Virus record (IMG/VR): IMGVR_UViG_3300031555_010392
Location: 64,001 to 125,944 of that record
Strand: one strand, 5' to 3'
DNA from: a virus
Lineage: Duplodnaviria > Heunggongvirae > Uroviricota > Caudoviricetes
DNA: 61,944 nucleotides
Shown here: positions 58,451 to 61,944 of the stretch, in pieces
Layout: each line of letters starts with the position of its first letter
How positions within the stretch are numbered: position 1 is the stretch's first letter
Position numbers and translations under genes: made by a program
Notes under the pieces: model-generated
Told to the model about the DNA's origin: nothing
Seen by the model: the letters and a program-made list of their open reading frames with translations, nothing else
The model's database searches: none

Positions 58451-60196
58451 AGGGGTAGCGTAACAGGAGAAATTCAGCCCATTCTTTTCACTTGCATGAG
58501 CCGCGAACTCGTTGATCGCTTGAACAACTTGATAAGCAAATTCACGGGCTTCAAGGCTATTTACATGGTTGGCGCCAAATAATGCTTCACACATTTCAGC
58601 TACCCCGATAAAGCCGATGGCAAATGTATTGTGCTTGAGCGCCTCATATACATTATCAACGCACTTATCAGCATCTTTAATGACGCCGTTTTCATACATA
58701 AAGGGCGCTGCAGCCGGAGACTGTTTGGCCATAATGGCAAAACGTTCAAGATGAGCTTTTTCTACAAGATCAAGGGTGGATTCAAAGGCTTCCCAGAATC
58801 CCGTAAGATTGGGTTTATCACGCTCACCAAGGCAAATACCATACTCGATACCAAGCTTGGGGAGAATGATAGTAATAGGAGTGTTATTACCACGTCCTAT
58901 GCGGTTGTAGCCATAACCATTGCGGTCATAGCCGATCATGGTCCTGCAGCCCATGGTACTAAAAATGGTATCAGGATCGTCAGGATCTTCATGAGCCTGA
59001 GACCAGTCGCCATTGCAAATATTGGGATATATGCGTTTGGACAACGACTTAATAGCGAGCTTTTTCAGGTCATAATTGGGATCGCCAGGAGCTCCATTAA
59101 CCCCCTTCTTGTGAGAAAAGATGCCGATGGGGAAGATGGAGGTGACATGATTCTTACCTACGCCGTCTAGACTGGTTTCAAGAATCCAACGAGTTACAAG
59201 ACGTCCTTCGGGAGAGGTGTCGCGTCCGTAGTTGATAGAGGTAAAGGGAACCTGCGACCCAGCTCTGGATTCGAGCGTATTAAGGTTATGGTACAAAGCC
59301 TGAGTGGCTTGCAAACCCTCACGTTCAAGCATTTCCATAGCATACTTCTTTGCTTTGGGGAAAAGATTGAACAGCTCGTCCTCAATGGAGAGATCATTTT
59401 CAATGCAGACTTTTTTGAAATCTTTATAAGAGCTTTCTTCAATTGTCTCGTTGTCAGGGTTTTCGAGGTATTTGATGCCATCGATAATATGAGAGTAAAA
59501 ACTGCGCTTCACATAGGGAGCGAGATCGTAGTCCAAGTGGACACTGCCCACACCGCCATATTGGCATTGGGATTGCAACTGAAATGCTACTGCTACCAAT
59601 TGGCATGCTGTGGAAAAACTAGACGGTGGGCGAACATCGCAGTTGCGGGTTTTAAAACCTTGAGTGAAAAGACGCTTGAAGTCTAGCATGAGGCAATTGT
59701 GGGCACCAATATTGTAATGATCCAGATCATGATGATAAATGCAACCATTTTTATGTCCATCGGCCACGTCTTTGCTCATGTTCTGGTCTAAGGCAATGCT
59801 TTTCTGGATTACAGTTGCGGCCTCATTTTTGCGACCGCCAAAAGAGCGTTCATCCACATTGGCATTAGCATTTTCTGTGGTCTCGCCCAAGGTTTTTTCT
59901 AAAACCTTTTTCATAATCTCGTTGCGGAGATTTCTCTGCTTTGTTCTTTCAGCTCTATATAGGATATAACTCTTGGCAACATCCTTGCGATCAGAAGCCA
60001 TGAGTTTTTCTTCAACCATATCCTGAATAGCTTCTACCGATAGACGGCTGGGAATCAAATCGATCTCTTCTGCAATTTGATTGGCAAGTCTGATATCAAC
60101 TGGGCCAGTTTCTTTCATTGCGGCTAAAACCGCGTCTACAATTTTTGATGGATCAAAATCAACGATTCGTCCATCGCGCTTTACTACTTGTTCCAT
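58451..60196 (-). CDS. nrdD: Class III ribonucleotide reductase, exon 1
   Basis: N-terminal ATP cone (VVKRDG...KI), HNCL, QYGG, AGSQVPFTSIN, MGCRT. Confidence 0.95.
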
Positions 60197-60199
60197 TTC

Positions 60200-60283
60200 T
60201 CAATCCTTTCTTTTGGTCGTATGAGGAATACAAACTGAGATAGGAACAAAAACCGGGGGTGCTCTTGGTGATAGAATTGGCAT
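60200..60283 (-). CDS. 27 aa upstream ORF of nrdD, MPILSPRAPPVFVPISVCIPHTTKRKD (not in the ORF track)
   Basis: AAGGAG 4 nt before ATG; its last codons overlap the nrdD RBS. Confidence 0.4.
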   Translation of the reverse strand: MPILSPRAPPVFVPISVCIPHTTKRKD

Positions 60284-60304
60284 CACTCTCCTTCGACGAA
60301 GATT

Positions 60305-60538
60305 TTAATTTAGTTTGAAATCTTTTTTATTAATTCTCCCGTGACGAGTACCATATTTTTCGATATTAAGATAATATATGTGTTTTTTTGACTCGAACCT
60401 TGCACAGAAAAACCAGCCGCTATCAAAATATTTACCTAAATGGATGTTATAAGTATGGGTTTCAAGGAAAAAGACATCCCATCCATGAGCCCTTTTTGTC
60501 CAGGGTGTATATGCTCTACGCAAAATTTTAAGTTGCAT
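60305..60538 (-). CDS. Small aromatic-rich hypothetical protein
   Basis: 77 aa; similar to the adjacent ORF. Confidence 0.5.
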   Translation of the reverse strand: MQLKILRRAYTPWTKRAHGWDVFFLETHTYNIHLGKYFDSGWFFCARFESKKHIYYLNIEKYGTRHGRINKKDFKLN

Positions 60539-60541
60539 GTG

Positions 60542-60775
60542 TTAATCCTTTTTATTGATATACTTCCCTTTCATAAAACCGACTCCAGAAAAACGAGCGA
60601 ACCAAACGGTTTCTTCCCATTGCCATTTCAAATAAATGAACCATTCTCCGCAGTCTGTGAACCAGTCAAAAAAGAAGTGCCAAGTACGGAAGCGAAGGAT
60701 ATCCCAGCCTTCCAGCTCACAATTATTATCAATGAGTGTGTAGTATCTATTTAAAAATTTAGGATAATGAGACAT
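60542..60775 (-). CDS. Small aromatic-rich hypothetical protein
   Basis: 77 aa; similar to the adjacent ORF. Confidence 0.5.
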   Translation of the reverse strand: MSHYPKFLNRYYTLIDNNCELEGWDILRFRTWHFFFDWFTDCGEWFIYLKWQWEETVWFARFSGVGFMKGKYINKKD

Positions 60776-61235
60776 CTTTCAGCCCTTCTTTGGCTTTCAT
60801 ATACTCAATGCAATCGTTGATATAAAAAGCGGCCTTTTTGGCATCCTCAACAGGCTTTCCTTTGCGTTTAAGGCGCCAACAATATTTGATAACATTGCCA
60901 ATGCAGAAGCCCTCGTAACCATCCAGATCCTTGAGAACTTCTTTGAGGACTTCCTTACATTCATATTTTTCCAATGCATAGTGGGAAGGATGATTAACCA
61001 TATCCACTACTTCAGGAGGCATGGGAAAGTCTTCCTGAATGGGATTGTCGCAGGGAATGTAGTCACCAAGACGATAACCTTTGGGAGCCGGTGCATTACT
61101 AGGGACTGCAGGATCTGTAAGCGTATTGGGTAAAATGGCACGGTCAGTATCTGTTGTTGTTCTATTAGAATACGTTAAATCCACTTCCTTTAATAAAGAA
61201 GGGCGCGGGACATAAGCAGCAATCATTTCACTCAT
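60759..61235 (-). CDS. DUF3310-like (SaV-like) phage protein
   Basis: DMVNHPSHY..GFCIGNVIKYCWRLKRKG.PVEDAKKAAFY. ATG 61235 overlaps the thyX stop. Confidence 0.75.
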   Translation of the reverse strand: MSEMIAAYVPRPSLLKEVDLTYSNRTTTDTDRAILPNTLTDPAVPSNAPAPKGYRLGDYIPCDNPIQEDFPMPPEVVDMVNHPSHYALEKYECKEVLKEVLKDLDGYEGFCIGNVIKYCWRLKRKGKPVEDAKKAAFYINDCIEYMKAKEGLKDVSLS

Positions 61236-61944
61236 TCGTGCTCGCCTCTTCCTTGTTGTCCATCCATGTAGGCCATTCTTTAGGCACGACTTTAGGCGTC
61301 CAAGATTTAGACACATGGTAGACATCATCAAGCCTAGGGTGCATACCACAGGTGTCCTTTTTGCTTTCAGTGCAATAGGGATGCTTTTTGTCTTTTTCGC
61401 ACTTTGGTACAAGCATGTCTTTAAAAGCATTGTCAGTTGCCATATTGAATTCATGAACCATTTGCCGGACTAGTTTGCGGATTTCCCATTGAGCGCGAGT
61501 ACAAAGGCGCTCATGGCAAAGGTGGATGAACTCGCGAAGGTTGAAAGTTGCAATGAGGCTGCAACAGGCTGCATTAGGAAGGACAAAACGAGCGTCTTCT
61601 TGGGGTACACCTAACAAACAAAGTTTGGTGTAATCGGCCAAAGCACGGGTCATAGAAGTTTGAAAAATTTGCCTAGCTTGTTCATTGTTTTCGATAGTGG
61701 GTGGTACAACAAACTGGAAGCCAGATTTGTAGGAAACATAGCGCTGACTTTCTACCGAGGGAGAAATAAGTCTATGTCTTGTCAATTGAGCCAATAGCAC
61801 TCGGCTGACGCCTTCAACACGGAAGGTAACAAAAACATGCTCTAAGATGCTATGATGACCACTGTTATAACAATGGCGTACAATGCGACCATCTAGGCTC
61901 GGGGTGGATTTGTAACACATAGAGGCCGCTTCTTCTGCAGCCAT
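61228..61944 (-). CDS. thyX: FAD-dependent thymidylate synthase (5' end probably outside the window)
   Basis: GHHSILEH, RHRLISPSVESQRYV signature, EDARFVLPNA, AQWEIR. Confidence 0.95.
   Translation of the reverse strand: MAAEEAASMCYKSTPSLDGRIVRHCYNSGHHSILEHVFVTFRVEGVSRVLLAQLTRHRLISPSVESQRYVSYKSGFQFVVPPTIENNEQARQIFQTSMTRALADYTKLCLLGVPQEDARFVLPNAACCSLIATFNLREFIHLCHERLCTRAQWEIRKLVRQMVHEFNMATDNAFKDMLVPKCEKDKKHPYCTESKKDTCGMHPRLDDVYHVSKSWTPKVVPKEWPTWMDNKEEASTNE

Noticed and set aside
61236-61454. N-terminal extension of the DUF3310 ORF
   Set aside because: It overlaps thyX in another frame; ATG 61235, coupled to the thyX stop, is the more plausible start.
1-61944. CRISPR arrays, tRNA, tmRNA or rRNA genes, integrase
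   Set aside because: No regularly spaced repeats, T-loop/acceptor-stem patterns or recombinase motifs were seen by eye; a tRNAscan or CRISPR search was not run.

Overview
This window is a ~62 kb section of a large long-tailed phage or prophage with SPbeta-like gene order. The likely host is an anaerobic Firmicute (Clostridia), inferred from the class III RNR, ThyX, sigma-A promoters and Firmicute-type RBSs. The plus strand carries a YonO-type single-subunit RNA polymerase, YonK/YonJ-like genes, PIN-PhoH, terminase, portal, capsid, tail, a giant tape-measure gene, tail-tip and fibre genes and a lysis cassette. The minus strand (right end) carries an HD hydrolase, dUTPase, NrdG/NrdD, a DUF3310-like gene and ThyX. 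Four group I introns can be mapped to the nucleotide: one in the RNAP catalytic DFD|GD motif (1360-2228), two in the tape-measure gene (28334-31413 and 37717-38951) and one in nrdD (57593-58450). Three carry homing endonucleases. The fourth is the most striking element. It is a ~3.1 kb intron with a complete ribozyme core and no endonuclease, and its P9 region holds ~2.6 kb of cargo with its own promoters: a small DUF5678-like gene plus a retropepsin protease, an HTH gene, an unannotated type I toxin-antitoxin-like locus and two Cys-rich genes. Other candidates are a ~280 nt structured RNA upstream of PIN-PhoH, several non-canonical start codons and tail-associated metallophosphoesterases. All family assignments come from motifs recognised by eye; no database search or folding program was run.
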